DNA of 64,000 nucleotides from Anthoceros angustus (lineage: Eukaryota > Plantae > Anthocerotophyta), in assembly GCA_010909165.1 (NCBI GenBank), contig MU008162.1:1922001-1986000 (forward strand), in the 5' to 3' direction. Below are positions 23,810 to 37,980 of this stretch, one piece after another. Both the position numbers and the translations under genes were made by a program. Below the pieces are notes generated by a model. The model saw nothing but the letters and a program-made list of their open reading frames with translations, did not search any database and had not been told where the DNA came from. The first letter of the stretch is position 1, and each line of letters opens with the position of its first letter.

Positions 23810-25339
23810 GTAGGTAGTATGGAGGGGTACATATCTAAGAGTTCAAAATCTAGGAGTTTGAGGCCCATTTTAATGGGGCCAACTTCCCTCGTTGAAGAAT
23901 CCTTTTGAGTTGAGACTAATATTGAATGATTTTGTCAAGGCAATGCTCTGCCTTCTCCTTTTTCCGCTAACTATGCACTTGCAACATAAAGATATATTCA
24001 TTTATGTTACAAGGCATAGGCTAAGGGACCTGTATGTAATAATCAGAGATAGGTAATCCCCTCTAGTTAGAATTGCATATGCGGAAGCGATTGCATCTAA
24101 GATGCTTTCTTAGCTATTGATTAAGGTGGGTCAAAGGTAGGCCTTAAATAGCGATGTACGAAGGGGTGTGTCCTGCTAATTAACAAACTGCACTTTATAG
24201 CTAGGTCTAGTTAGACTAACCAACGTGATACAGAACCACATGGTCTACCTTATTTCTAACTCTCCCTCTTAGACACGTGCAGGTTGCTATGTCTTGAAAG
24301 CTTCAGAAAGCAAAAGGAGATCACCACAGTTGAAGACAAACTTCAATCATCTTCAAATCCGCTATCACCCAAAGTCAGTCGCACTTCCTCTCGCTTAACG
24401 TGTAGCCTACGGAAACTCATGGAGAAGAGCACTACCCTTATGACCAGAAGAGAAGCGTGGTATCAAATTTGAACTCCAACTCAAGTGACGGAACAAGTAT
24501 GTGAGCTCACCACCAAATGAGTGACTTGTCTAATGTCACATAATTACTACAATCCACTAGTCCAAGCCCTTCTCTGTGGAAGTAGTGTTTGAACTTGGGC
24601 AAGAACTTTGTCAACACGTTAGCAGTATTGTTGTCAGTAGGTACATATTGTACCTTGACTATACCACTATCAGTAGCATCACGAACACAATGATGTTGAA
24701 TCTCTTTGTGCTTCATGCATGCATGGAAGACGGGGTTAGCAACTAGAGCATGCTGACATGTTATCACAATTAAAAACTATTGGCCCTGTCTGGTTCATGC
24801 CCAGATTTTCGCATAACTTTCGCTCTCACTTAGCCTCCTTAGTGGCTTCTGTAAGTGCCTTGTATTCTGATTCTTTTGAAGATAATGAAATAGCTGCCTG
24901 TTTACAGCAAGACTAATTCTCTAACGTGGATCCAGCTAGGAAGAAATAAGCAGAGATACTCTTTAGGGTATCAGCATCTGAAGCCCAATCAGCATCTACA
25001 AAGCACGTAAGTAGAAGATGCTTATTCCCACAAGGTTAGTAGTATAGGCCAAAGTTCGGTGTACCCTTGAGGTGCCGCATTATACGCTTAAGAGCAATCC
25101 ATTGATCTTTGCCTGGATTCTCGGAGAACTGTATAATGTTCAGTATTGACTATTTGGAGATGTCTGGTCTCGTCTGATTGCTGAGAAACATAAGTATACC
25201 CACTCTCATGCAATAGGGAATATTCTCCATCTCCTTTTTGTCCTGTTCTGATTGTGGACATGATTTGGAGGAAAGCTTCACACCAACGACACCAGGAGTG
25301 GTAGCTACTCGAGCATTTTCCATGTTGAAGCATTTGAGC

Positions 25340-28300
25340 ATACGAGCGACATATCTGCCTTGATGTAAATAAATACCCTCGTATTGTCTCTATGTACATG
25401 CATACCAAAGATATACTTAACATTGCCAAGGTCCTTCATCTCGAATTCCTTGCTAAGATCAACTTTAATCTTGTTTATATGTTATTCCCTTGAATGACTA
25501 AGTCATCAATGTATAATTCAACAAGCACAAGTGAGCTATCCTTACGTAGCACGTAGATGTTAGAGTTAGCTTACCAATTTGCTTAAGATAGGCATCTATC
25601 TTTTCATACCACAAGTGTGGGCTTTGCCTAAGTCCATAGATGGAGCAGTTTAACATACGTACTTTATGTGGAACTTCTTGTCTTTATGGTCTTCAGGTTC
25701 ATCCATGTAGATCTCCTCCTTGAGATACTTTAAAGAAATTTTGTGCACACGTCAAGCTCGTAGATCTCCAAGTTAAGTTCTATACATAATGCTAGAAGCA
25801 TCCTGACGGAAGCAGCTTTGAAGATAGGAGAGTAGATGTGGGAGGGAAAACCCCGGGGCTTCCGAGGCTTCCCCCTCTAGCGGCCACACTTATCCCACTG
25901 TCGCTTCGTACGTCGGGTTTCGTCCCATGAGACTTGTGTGAAAGTTCGAGGCCTCGCGATAACCGATCGCTATTTGCAGAGACACAACTTCTCAGCCTTC
26001 TAAACGAGCAAGGCGCCCTCTACTCACCCTCTTACAGCATGCCCACTTGTGCCTCGAAAACTACCAATCGACCTACAACGACAACACAACACACCAGGTG
26101 TCCCGCCTAGACGAGGAGTTCATCACGGCGCCTGTGGACCCCTCGATCCACACCGCACCTCTTCCCCACTTTTAAGACCACTCTCTCCACCTGTGAGCGC
26201 CTTTACTTGCATTTGGGATTCGTCCCTTAGGCTCGCCTGTGGCCTTCCGCCAACGCCTACCTATTCTCCTCTACTCATCTCCTCATCCTCTTCCTCCTAT
26301 TCTAACCTCGCCTGGCTTCACTGCTCGACCGCCTCACGGCTACAACCGCCTGGGGTCGGCCTCCACCGGCAAGTTCTTCCTTGGGTCGGTTGCTATGAGT
26401 TTGACACCTGAGCCAGAACCTGTGGAGTCCTCGAAGGAACTTTCGGCTTGAGGGTAGACCATGTGAATTCCCGTAGTCTACCCTCAGCCGAAAGTCTCGG
26501 CACCACACATCCAAAGCAAAGCAATTTCACAGCAACCATTCACAAGGGGAGCAACTCGTTTAGGCACTTGCAGGGCCTTACCTTAGTGTGCACTCTGTAG
26601 ATTAGAACATGAAGTTCTAGATCTGCAAAACAAACAAAACAAAAATGAATTTGGGCCTCTTTAACAGGTCAGCCATCCCAACAGAGATCCGCCCCTAGAA
26701 AGCATAACTCTGGAGTTTCGATGGAAGGTGTGCTACCAACCAAGCCTCTACTCTGGCACGCTACATATCGAAAAGTTTTAAGATATGAAGTGTTGCACGC
26801 TTTAAATATGGGGTCTCTCTGGGGAGAGGCACACGGCCCCTCTCCTTCCTCCTTTCATGTTCTTCGTGAGGATTTTTGCACCTTCCTCTCGGATTCAATG
26901 GCGAGAAACAGGCATTTCACTGCCCAATCTTCTCGGTTCCTTGAGGCGCATCTGCCTAGGAATTCTCGACAAGGTCCTCACCGATGTATGGCAATTTATG
27001 GCTGGAGTTCTACACCAAGATGGGCTCAAGCACGGGATTTGGGGATTGAGGTTCTGTTGACATTTGAACTCTGAGCGACATATACGCCTTGATGTAAATA
27101 AATACCTAAGATATTGTCTCTATGTACATGCATACATACCAAAGATATACTTAACATTGCCAAGGTCCTTCATCCAAATTCCTTGCTAAGATCAACTTCA
27201 TCTTGTTTATATATTTATTCCTTGGACTAAGTCATCAATGTATAATTCAACAAGCACAAATGTGAGCTATCCTTCATTACGTAGATGTTAGGAGTTAGCT
27301 TACCAATTTTGCTTAAGATGGGCATCTATCTTTTCATACAGCCCACACTGTGGGCTTTGCACTAAGTCCATAGATTGGAGCGAGTTTAACATACGTACTT
27401 TATGTAGAACTTCTTGTCTTTATGGTCTTGAGGTTCATCCATGTAGATCCTCCTTGAGATACTTTAAAGAAATTTTGTGCACACGTCAAGCTCGTAGATC
27501 TCCAAGTTAAGTTCTATACATAATGCTAGAAGCATCGTGAGCGGCTTTGAAGATAGAGTAGATGTGGGAGGAAAACCAGGCAAGGGCTTCCCCTCTAGCG
27601 GCCACACTTATCCCTGTGACAATGCGTTGGGTTTGCGTCCCATGAGACTTGTGAAGGATTCGAGGCCTCACGCGATAACCGTCGCCATTTGCGAGACACA
27701 ACTTCTCGACCTTCTAAGCAGCAGGCGCCCTCTACTCACCCTCTTACAGCCAGTGCGCACTTGCCTTGCTCGAAAACTACCAATCCCGACCACCATGCGA
27801 TAACACAGTGCGGGTCACCTTTGGCCCGAGGTCTATCACCAGGGACACGATCCACCTGCAATTCGTCCCTACTTTTAAGACCACTCTTCTCCACTCGAGG
27901 GGCTCTTTTACTTGCAGTTGGGATTCGTCCCTTAGGCTCTGTGGCCTTCCCTAACACTACACTCTATTCCTCCTCATCTCCTCATCCTCTTCCTCCTATT
28001 CTAACCTCGATTGGCTTCTTGACTCGCCCTTACGGCCTGGCACAGGTCGGCCTCCACCGGCAAGTTCTTCCTTGGGTCGGTTACTATGAGTTTGACACGG
28101 GCGAGAACCTCCGGTCCCTTGAGAACTTTCGGCGGGTGAACTCGGGAATTCCACATGGTCTACCCTCAAGCCGAAAGTCTGACCACCACCACATCCAAAG
28201 CAAGCAATTTCACAGCACCATTCACAAGGGGGCAGCTCGTTTAGGCACTTGCAGGGCCTTACCTATGCACTCTGTGGATTAGAACATGAAGTTCTAGATG

Positions 28301-28690
28301 CACCGAGAAACAAACAAAACAAAAATGAATTTGGGCCTCTTTGCATGACCATCCCTAGCGGAGATCCGCCCTAGAAAGCATAACTGGGTTTCGATAAAGG
28401 TGTGCTACCAACCAAGCCTACTGATACGCTACGCTACATGTAGTTTTAAGAATGGACCTTTAAATATGGGGTCTCTGGGAGAGGCACAGCCCCTCTCCTT
28501 CCTCCTTTCATGTTCTTCGTGAGGATTTTTGCACCTTCCTCTCGGATTCAATGGCAGAAAGTGGCATTTCAGCCCAATCTTCGGTTCCTTGGTATACGAG
28601 CACACAGAATTCTCGACAAGGTCCTCATGTATGCCAATTGTAACAGGTTCTACACCAAGATGGGCTCAGCACGGGATTTGGGGATTGAGG
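25340..28690. repeat. Staggered tandem duplication (~25340-27075 and ~27075-28690), indel-dominated
   Basis: The copia RT and its junction with the nested element are repeated in the same order with small indels. Confidence 0.8.
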
Positions 28691-31600
28691 TTCTCTTGGC
28701 ATCTTCTTAGGTGGCTCCAATTCTGGCCCGAAATTTCAAGTGTCAAGTCCTGTTATCACTTAACATGGGTGGTCAAGATGATGACACGAGGCGCCTTGCT
28801 ATGTGTGCGTGTGACTTTCTTGTGACGGTAGGCCGCGCCACAATCCGTGTCGTTGTAGGAAGGAGTTCGTTCCCAAAGGAATGAGACTCCGTTTCGTTCA
28901 GCGATTCTCGTCTTACTGCGTCACTGGTCCCGCACACACTCTTAGTTCACGTCTAACTACTACAAACACCGAGCCGGTATGGCCAAGCGTTTGAGGACCC
29001 GTTCGCGTCCGTTCGTTCGTCTCTCACCTCTCGTCCTCCTCTCCCTCACTACACTTATCGGTCTTAAGGGAAGGCAGCGCGGGTTACAGTCCGGACCTCC
29101 TCGCGTTCCAGGCCTCTCGTCCAGCCCCTCAGTCCCTCGGCTCACGTTCGGTCCGTTCGGCGGGCGCGGCTCTGCAGCGAGCAGGTCCCATCACCCTTCC
29201 TGCACACACCACAACACGTTAGGTCCGTCACGGGATCGATCCCTGTCGTGCACCTTTCGGTGACTCGGGACTCACGTTATCAAGAAGACACACAAGGTCT
29301 GCAAGAACGCGCATCAACACCAAGGAAAAGATGATTTATCTGTGGCAGCCCCACTCTTATACTACGCCTGGTCGGCCTTTATTACACCCCTATTCCGAGC
29401 CGACGGCCACCAAGATGCCCTAATCGCCGCCTACCATCCTATTTCCTCCCCTATCTCCTTCACGGCGGAAGGTCCCGGTTCCGCCTTGGGATTGGTGGTC
29501 CAATCTCCGCTCGACAATTGCGACCCAATCGGATGATCCGCGAGGCGGACCCTCCTTTCCCGAATCTCGTTGTTACACGGCGGCCTCGACGACCGCCACC
29601 ACAAACGCCATCCTCTCGGCCTTCCTGTGGTCCTCCTGGGGCCACCGTCGCTCCCTAGCGTAAGTCGGGGCTCCTCATCGCCGAGTCCCGACTCGAGAGA
29701 ACCCAAGGGTCTATTTCCGAGTTCGGACCTCGTGGTCCAGATGACACGGGTTCCGATCCCAAGCTCCGACTCTTCCCGTGGACCTCAGATCGCTAGGTCC
29801 TCCTCCTTACCCCCGACCCTTGTCTTGGTTCGGCTTGGCTCTCCGCACCCCGCAGCCCTCACCCCTTCCGGATCGGTGGTGGTGAACTTACCTTGGGGTC
29901 CGCCAAGGCCCCGCCTCCTCTGGGCTCCTCCTCACGCTGTTGCCCAAACAGGCCCCTAGGGTCCCCTGCCCCTCGTGCCCTTCTTCCCTCCGAGCCTTCC
30001 TGGGTCCGTATTGCTGCCGAGAGGCCTCTACCGCCTGAGCTGTGGTAATAGGCAAAGTCCGAATCCACTTGCCGGATTGCCTCTTCCACGCCCGGAGCAC
30101 CCGATACTCCCTTCGCCATAGGTGCTCCGGAGCCGAGCCGTCCCGCTTGTTGCTCCACCTCCCGCCAAGTTTGATAGCCGAGCCGGGCCGCCGCGAGGCC
30201 GCTGCGCCGGCCACCTCCGCACCGCCGTTGCTCCACTTGCTCAACTCCTCCGCCCGCCCGCCTTGTCCATTCCGCCGTAACTCCGCCATCTCCCGCCTGC
30301 ACGGCCGCAACACGCTGCATCGCGGGCTTCACCTGTGCCTTTTCCATCTCGGCGACGCCCCGCCTCGCTCCATCGCCTCATCGACTGGCCGTGCAGCCGA
30401 GTTTATTTCCTGCCGCCGACCATGTCCCGCACTACCATTCCTCTCACGATAGTTTGAGTCAGCCCAAAGTCTCCTTGCGGTCCTCCATCTCCCGCTGCTT
30501 CCACCTCCCGAGAGTCCGAGGTCCTCCATCTCCTGTCAACTTCTTGGCCTGGCCGGTCCGGCTTGCTCCGCCACCTCCGCCTCCATCTTCGTGCAGCCGA
30601 GGCGCCTATCTCCCGTCAAGTCCGGATTCTCCCATTGAGAATTCCTTGCCGCCTCCGACGCTGCCTTGAGTTGTAACCCAAGGTGTCCTTGCTGCCTCCA
30701 ACTCCCCGCCGCCTCCTTCTACCTCCTGCATACCGAGGTCCCCGATTTCCGGCCTCTGTTTCGCCAGACGGCCTGCGCTTGTTCACGCCACCGCTCGCCT
30801 TCGATTGGCCGTGGCTCTCGCCGCCTCCACCGGCCCGATCACGCCGATAGTGATCGCGATCGGCCTCGCCGTGGCCTCCGCCTCCTGGCCACCTTCACCG
30901 AGCCTCCAGCCTTGGCTCGTCCACGGCCGCCTCCGCCAGTCCTGCGCCTGCTCGCTTGCGCCCGGCGCCCGCCTCCGCCTACGCCCGCAGAGGTCCTCCG
31001 CCCGCTGGGCCTCCTTGGTCTCCTCACCGCCTCTCCTCCACTGAAGGAATTTGGTCCGGCCCTGCGGATGGACCAGACCTCCTCTCGCCTCCCGCTTCTC
31101 TCAATCCGCCGAGAGCTTCGCCTTCCTTCGCCTGGCCCTCCAACCGCCTCCCGGAGGAGTACCATGCGCCCGGTGGCTTCTACCTCCGGGTCTTCGCCAT
31201 CCCGCAGACCCTGTGAGCATGTCCATGACGGTAGCTGGACCCGCCGTGTTTCTTCCACCCGCCGTGAGGCTCCCACAAAGTCCGTAGCGGGAGCCGATCT
31301 CACGGTCCGCCAAGGACCTCCATACCGTGTCCGAGTAAGTCCGACTGGGTTCTCTCGGACCCAATCAGACCCTTAGGTCCCGAGGCCGAGCCCGAGCTTC
31401 CTCCTTGGCCCTTTGGTCGAGCCCTTCTCCGCCTCTTTTCTCCGGGCTCGGAGGAGGTGAGGGAGTCCGGAGCAAGCCTTTTGCCCCTTCCGCCGGGCGA
31501 TGACCGGCTCGTGCCGCTGCTGTCCTCCGCCTCCTCGGGCCCCTTTCTCGCCTCCCATCGCTTCCTCCGCTTGCACCTGCAAGGTGAGGGTACTGCACCG

Positions 31601-32344
31601 ACCGAGGTGCCGCTGGTAGCCGTGGTCTTGCCTTCGGCTCCCTCCTGTCCGGCTGGGGCCTCACCGAGGGTGGCTTGGCGGGCTGGCCTGGGCCGCCTCG
31701 CCGGATCGGCCGCCTGGGGCACAGGAGGAGGGAAGCGGAATTTCTTCCCATACTGGGTGGAGGGGGTCCGCTCCACGATGGAGTCCGGAATCCTCCCGCC
31801 GCCCTCCTCCCGAGTCCGCTTGGCTGACGATCGGCCTCCCTCCTTGCCCGCCTCCACTTCCCAGGCCTCCCCTTTCCCGAGCGCCTCAAGCCTCCTTCCT
31901 TGAGGAGTCAAATGCCCCCATACATGGATCGTATGGGGATGATGGCGAAGGCTTCTGGCCCCGAGCTATGAGCCTCGCTAAACCGCGAAATAATCCTTCC
32001 TCACCCGCCTTCTTCCTCCGCAGCGCATGCGTGAATACTATCAGATTATCACCAAGGTGATCCACCTTGGTGAGTAGGTTCCAGTGACAATGATCCGGCC
32101 ACCGCCTTACTCGACCGTCCAACAGCCTGATATCGCCCAACCGCAGGTCCTCAGCCCCTGTGCCTCAAGATCGCCGCGTGGTCGGGCCCTATCTTCCCTT
32201 CGCCTTGAGGGGCCCGCACCACCCCCCTCTTCCTTTGGGCGGTGTAGGCCGCCTCACCTCCAAGGTCCATCGCTTGGTCCTCCCGAGGTTCTTGGACCGC
32301 ACCTCCTTATTGACCGCCAAGATTTTCCGGCGAACTCTGACCAG

Positions 32345-35300
32345 AGTGACACTATCAAATGTCCGCACTATCCGAACACATCCAAATGCCACTCCCGCAC
32401 CACCCCTCCGCCTCGGAGCCTGTGGCCCAAAGTCCGGATAGCGCCGTCACAATGTTGCGCCCACAAGGTTCCATGGCTCCCAAACTTCCGCAGGCTTTTT
32501 GGGTGCCATCGCCTTCTCCTCCCTTGGTTGCTGTAGCCGCTTGTCGGAGACCGCTGGCACGTTGCGCCGCCGCTCACGCCCGACCTCAACGGTGAGCCGC
32601 CAAGACGCCCGAGTGTCCCACGAGATACCGCCAGAGAGCCGGATCGCGCAAGAGATCGCGAGAATTGTCTCGAGGTCACCGAATGACCTTCCTTCGCCGC
32701 CGCGCCGGAGTAACTGGGCGGGAGGGCGCCCCGTCTGAATCGCCAGGTCTCGCATGGCTTATTCTCGACCTTACGCCCGCTTACCGCCTTACGCCGCTGC
32801 ACGCCCACGCCGCAGCCGGGCGTGAATACCGCTATAACGGCCTCGCAAGGTTACGGCCCCTGCCAACAGCGTCTGCCCACTGTGGTCACCCACGCGCCGC
32901 CTCGTCCGCTCCTACGGCTCAACTCCCGAGTTACTTTCGGCGACTTATCCCGCCTGGTCTCGAGTGGGTCCGACTTATCCTGCTACTGTGGCGCCTACCA
33001 TAGTAGGTCCGGCCGCCTCACTCCGATCCGAGTATACTCCGAGTGCCGCCCGAGTGCTATCCATGCTTATTTCCCTTTTCGCCTCATTTTATCCTTTACT
33101 CCTACAAAAACAAAACCCTACCTATTTTCTAACCCCTGTGGAAGTCGTAGTCCACACTATGATTAGCACCTCGTCACAATCCACTATTCTTCGGCATTGC
33201 CCAAAAGGCCTGTATGTGATTTTCCCTTTGAGAGCTCAATCGCCCAATTCTCTCAAGAAGGAGTGCATCATAGCATTGGAGGTTGGAGGATCACGCCGCT
33301 TAGCGCTACCGAACGACCGCCAAGACGAGCACCTTTGGGCTGTGGAGGACGACCACTAGGGACATGTTCGCAGGCCAACAGCTGTGAGTCAAGCGCCGCT
33401 TCGCAAACAACAACTTACGCTTTTTCTCCCATGAGGGACGGCCCAAGCAACCCGCTTTTCAGCACTGCTTTCAAACCGGTTCTCCAAGCCGGTTCACATT
33501 TGAAGACCTTGAGGTCCTCAAGGTTTTCCACCATCACGTTATCCGCCAACCCCACCATCTTTGATTTGCCTCGTGCTCGGTTGGACATATTATCCATTTT
33601 AGCGCGGATCCTCCTATCGATCTCAAGATTGCGACTCCGGATTTGGTTAACACCTCTCAAACCTTCGATCCAAAGATCTTTCTTGTGGGATCACTGAGAA
33701 CAACACAATATATTTGGTGGACCTTGCATTTTGTCACGATTAGGAAAGCTCGAGATAGTGCAAGCTCAACAGGATCCGGGTTTGGTCTAAGAACTTTGGG
33801 TGGTCGTTGACTGAAGGGGTATTATTGCCTCCAAAGATTCAATAAAGATTGGCGGCATCTTATTCAATAAAGACTAGCGAGATATCAATTTGATATCTCA
33901 TCCTTAATTCTAATGCTTGTTTCGGCAGTGTCATAACTCTTCGTCGGTCGGTTCGATTTAAGCGCCATTTTTGAAGATGGCGAGTCCTACTCCTCCTCCA
34001 CCACAACCCGGCCCAAAACAACCAAAAGATCCGACACTATCGAATGTCCGCACTATCCGAACACATCCAAATGCCACTCCCGCACCACCCTCCCGCCTCG
34101 GAGCCGTGGCCCAAAGTCCGGATAGCGCCGAGTCACAATGTTGCGCCCACAGGTTCCATGGCTCCCAAACTTCCGCAGTTTTTGGGTGCCATCGCCTCCT
34201 CCTTGTCAGCCGCCGGAGATCACGCGGCACGCCGCTCCGCTCACCAACGGTGAGCCAAGACGCCGAGTGTCCCACGAGATACCGCCAGAGAGCCGGATCA
34301 TGAGCGCAAGAGATCGCGAGAATTGTCTCGAGGTCACAGCGAAATGACCTTCCCTTCGGCCGCCTTCGGAGTAACCACGGAGGGCGCTTCCTCGTCTGTG
34401 AATCGCGAGGTCCGCATGGCTTATTTCACCTTACGCCCGCTTACTCGCCTTACGCCGCACTGTTTTACGCCGCCGGCAGCGCGCGTGAATACCGCTATAA
34501 CGGCCTCGCAAGGTTACGGCCTGCCACTGCATGCCCGTTCTCCACTCGTGGTCCCACGTGGCGCCGCCCGTCCGCTCACCAACTCCCGAGTTACTTTCGG
34601 CGATTTATCCCGCCTCGGGTCCGGAGTGGGTCCGACTTATCCTGCTACTGCGGGCGCCTACCATAGGTCTGCACGCTCTCACTCCGAGTCCGGAGTATAC
34701 CCGAGTGCCGTCCGAGTGCTATCCATGCTTATTTCCCCCTTTTTCGCCTCATTTTATCCTTCACTCCCACAAAAAAACAAAACCCTACCTATTTTCTAAC
34801 CCCCCAGGGAAGTCCGTAGTCCACACTATGATTGGTAGCACCTCGCTCACCAATCCACTATTCTTTCAGTGCAGATTGCCCAAAAGGCCTAGACAGATCT
34901 TTCCCTTTGAGAGCTCAATTTACTGCCCAATTCTCTCAAGAAGGAGTGCAGATCATAGCATTGGAGGTTGGAGGATCCGCCGTAGGCTGCAAATACCGAT
35001 CACAAGACGAGCACCTTTGGGCGCCATGGAGGACGACTCACGCCACGACGCTGTCACATTGGCCACAAGCGCCGCCTCACAAACAACAACTTACGTTGCC
35101 TTTTCTCCCATGAGGGGGGACGGGCCTGAACCGGTGCAAACCCGGCTTTTTCAGGCACCTGTTTCAAACCGGTTCTCTCTGAAGCCGGTTCACATTTGAA
35201 GACCTTGGAGGTCCCTCCGGGTTTTCCACCATCACGTTATCCGGCTAACACTCCACCATCTTTGATTTGCCTCGTGCTCCAGGTTGGACATATTATCCAT

Positions 35301-37980
35301 TTTTAGCCTTATGCGGATCCTCCTAATCTGATTCTGAAGATTGCGACTCCGGATTTGGTTAACACCTCAGCGAACCCGCAACCTTCAGATCCAGCATCTT
35401 TCTTGTGGGATCAGCTTGAGCAGACAACACAATATATTTGGTGGACCTTGGTTTTATGCTCAGATTAGGAAAGCTTCGAGGTAGATAGTGTGCAAGCTCG
35501 AGCAAAGCAGGATCGGGTTAGTCTAAGAACTTTGTGGGTGGTCGTGACTTAGAAATTATTGCCTCCAAAGATTCAATAAAGATTGGCGGCATCTTTATTC
35601 AATAAAGACTAGCGAGATATCAATTTGATATCTCATCCTTAATTCTAATGCTTTTCCCATTGTGGTCATAACTTCACGGCCTCGTGTTCGATTTAGCCAT
35701 TTTTGAAGATGGCCGAGTCCTACTCCTCCTCCACCACAACTCCAGTTCCAAAACAACCAAAAAAGATCCGACACATTCCCTTTAGATCATTCCATACCAA
35801 AAGGAATTGGACTGCTCAAGAAATGTCAAGGAAGATCCTTCGACTTTACAAGAGGCATACTTCAGACCTGAGGTAGCCAAGTGGAAGCTAGATGTGGATG
35901 ATGAGTAGTACAACTCATTAATCAAGAATAACACTTGGACTTTGTTAACTGCCCAAGAGTAGAACCATCGTGGTATAAATGGGTTCTTAAAACTAAGCTC
36001 CGGTGGAGGTAGAGCCTAGGATCCGGCAAAGCTAGATTAGTGGCTAAGGATTATAGCCGGAAAAGGAGATGACTATCAAGGCAATAAGGTCTACTATGGA
36101 ACGCAAAGTTTGGGCAACCAAATTAAAAGAGCAAGACAAGTTTGATTTTTTGGCTAAAAACGATTGAAGAGGAGCATGTGAAATTTTCGAGAACCTTGAA
36201 GCAGTTGTAGGATATTGTTAGGAAGTCAAGAGGATATCCCAGAAAAGAACGGGTCAAAACGACCCCGTGAGAGAGGCGTAATGGCAAGAAGAGGCGGTAT
36301 CATCATGTAGGGTCGCCACCACGCGTAGGTCGAAAAGAGCATCCACGGTAGGGTGAGATAAAATCTCGAAAGAAAATTAGAATAAGGAGAATATCCACTA
36401 TATATGCTCATCAATAGGGAATAAATATATAGATTAATTAGGGTAGCGCTAGAATAGAAAATATTTAGATAGGATTGGGATCATTTGCCCGCCCAGCTGC
36501 AGAAAGCCGAGCCAAACACCAGGCGCTCGCGGAAGTGGAGGGCCTTTTCAGGTGACACATAGCCGCAGGAACAATGGCGTAAGCCGCCTTTTATGAAACA
36601 ACAACGTTGCCACTCTGAGGGGCCTGAGCCGGTGCAAACCCGACTTTTCAAACATTTCAACCGGTTCTCTGAAGCTGGGTTCACATTTGAAGACCTTGGA
36701 GTCCCTCAGGCCACCATCCGTTATCAAGATTTAACCTCCACCATCTTTGATTTGCCTCATGCTCGTGTTGGACATATTATCCATTTTAGCCTTATACGGA
36801 TCCTCTAACTGATTACAAGATTGCGACTCGGTTTGGTTAAACCCTCAATGAACCCGCAACCTTGTGATCCAAGATCTTTCTTGTGGGATCGAGCGGCATA
36901 ACACAATATATTTGGTGGACCTTGCATTTTGCGTTCGCTGATTAGAAAGCTCGAGGTAGATAGTGTGCAAGCTTCTGAGCAGCAGGATCCGGGTTTGGTC
37001 TAAGAACTTTGTGGGTGGCTGTTTGACGGAAAGGGGTATTATTGCCTCCAGTATTCAATAAAGATTGGCGGCATCTTTATTCAATAAAGACTAGCGAGAT
37101 ATCAATTTGATATCTCATCCTTAATTCTAATGCTTGTTCTCGGCATTGTGTCATAACTCTTCGTCGGCTCTCGTGTTCGATTTAAGCGTCATTTTTGAAG
37201 ATGGCCAGAGTCCTACTCCCTCCTCCACCACAACTCCAGTTCCAAAACAACCAAAAAAGATCCGACACATTCCCTTTAGATCATTCCATACCAAAAGGAA
37301 TTGGACCTGTTCCGAAGAAATGTCAAAAGGGAAGATCCTTTGACCTTACAAGAGGCATACTTCAGACCTGAGGTAGCCAAGTGGAAGCTAGATGTGGATG
37401 ATGAGTAGTACAACTCATTAATCAAGAATAACACTTGGACTTTGGTTAATCTGCCCAAGAGTAGAACCATCGTCAAGTATAAATGGGTTCTTAAAACTAA
37501 GCTCCAGGAGGTAGAGCCTAGGATCCGTTACAAAGCTAGATTAGTGGCTAAGGATTATAGCCAGAAAAAGGGAGATGACTATCAAGGCAATAAGGTCTAC
37601 TATGGAACGCAAAAGTTTGGGCAACCAGTCCAAAAGAGCCAGAAGACAAACAAGTTTGATTTTTTTTGGCTAAAAACGATTGAAGAGGAGCATGCCAGGA
37701 AATTTTCTGAGAACCTTGAAGGGAGTTGTAGGATATTGTTAGGAAGTCAAGAGGATATCCCAGAAAAGAACGGGTCAAAACGACCCCAGAGGCGGAATGG
37801 CGGTCAGAAAGGTGGTGGAGACTACCATGAGGTGCCACCCACTGATGGTGAGCAAAGCGGACTACCACGGTGGGTGCTAAAATCTCGTAAAGAAAATTAG
37901 AATAAGGGGAATATCCACTATATATGCTCACCAATAGGGAATAAATATATAGATTAATTAGGGTAGCTAGAATAGAAAAA
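32345..37980. repeat. Overlapping staggered duplications (32345-33960 / 34030-35700; 35090-36480 / 36590-37980)
   Basis: The same blocks recur two to three times with indel-type differences. Confidence 0.8.
37340..37585 (+). mobile_element. Ty1/copia RT N-terminal fragment (degraded duplicate at ~35850-36080)
   Basis: WKLDVDDE*YNSLIKNNTWTLVNLPKSRTIVKYKWVLKTK...YKARLVAKDYSQKKGDDY. Confidence 0.85.

Noticed and set aside
28821-29232. Solo LTR (TGTGACGG...CCGTCACG)
   Set aside because: No TSD, PPT or PBS, and no second copy seen.
29300-33100. Many long GC-rich ORFs on both strands as host genes
   Set aside because: Low-complexity, overlapping, with no recognisable domains, and inside a nested retroelement; expected from GC content.
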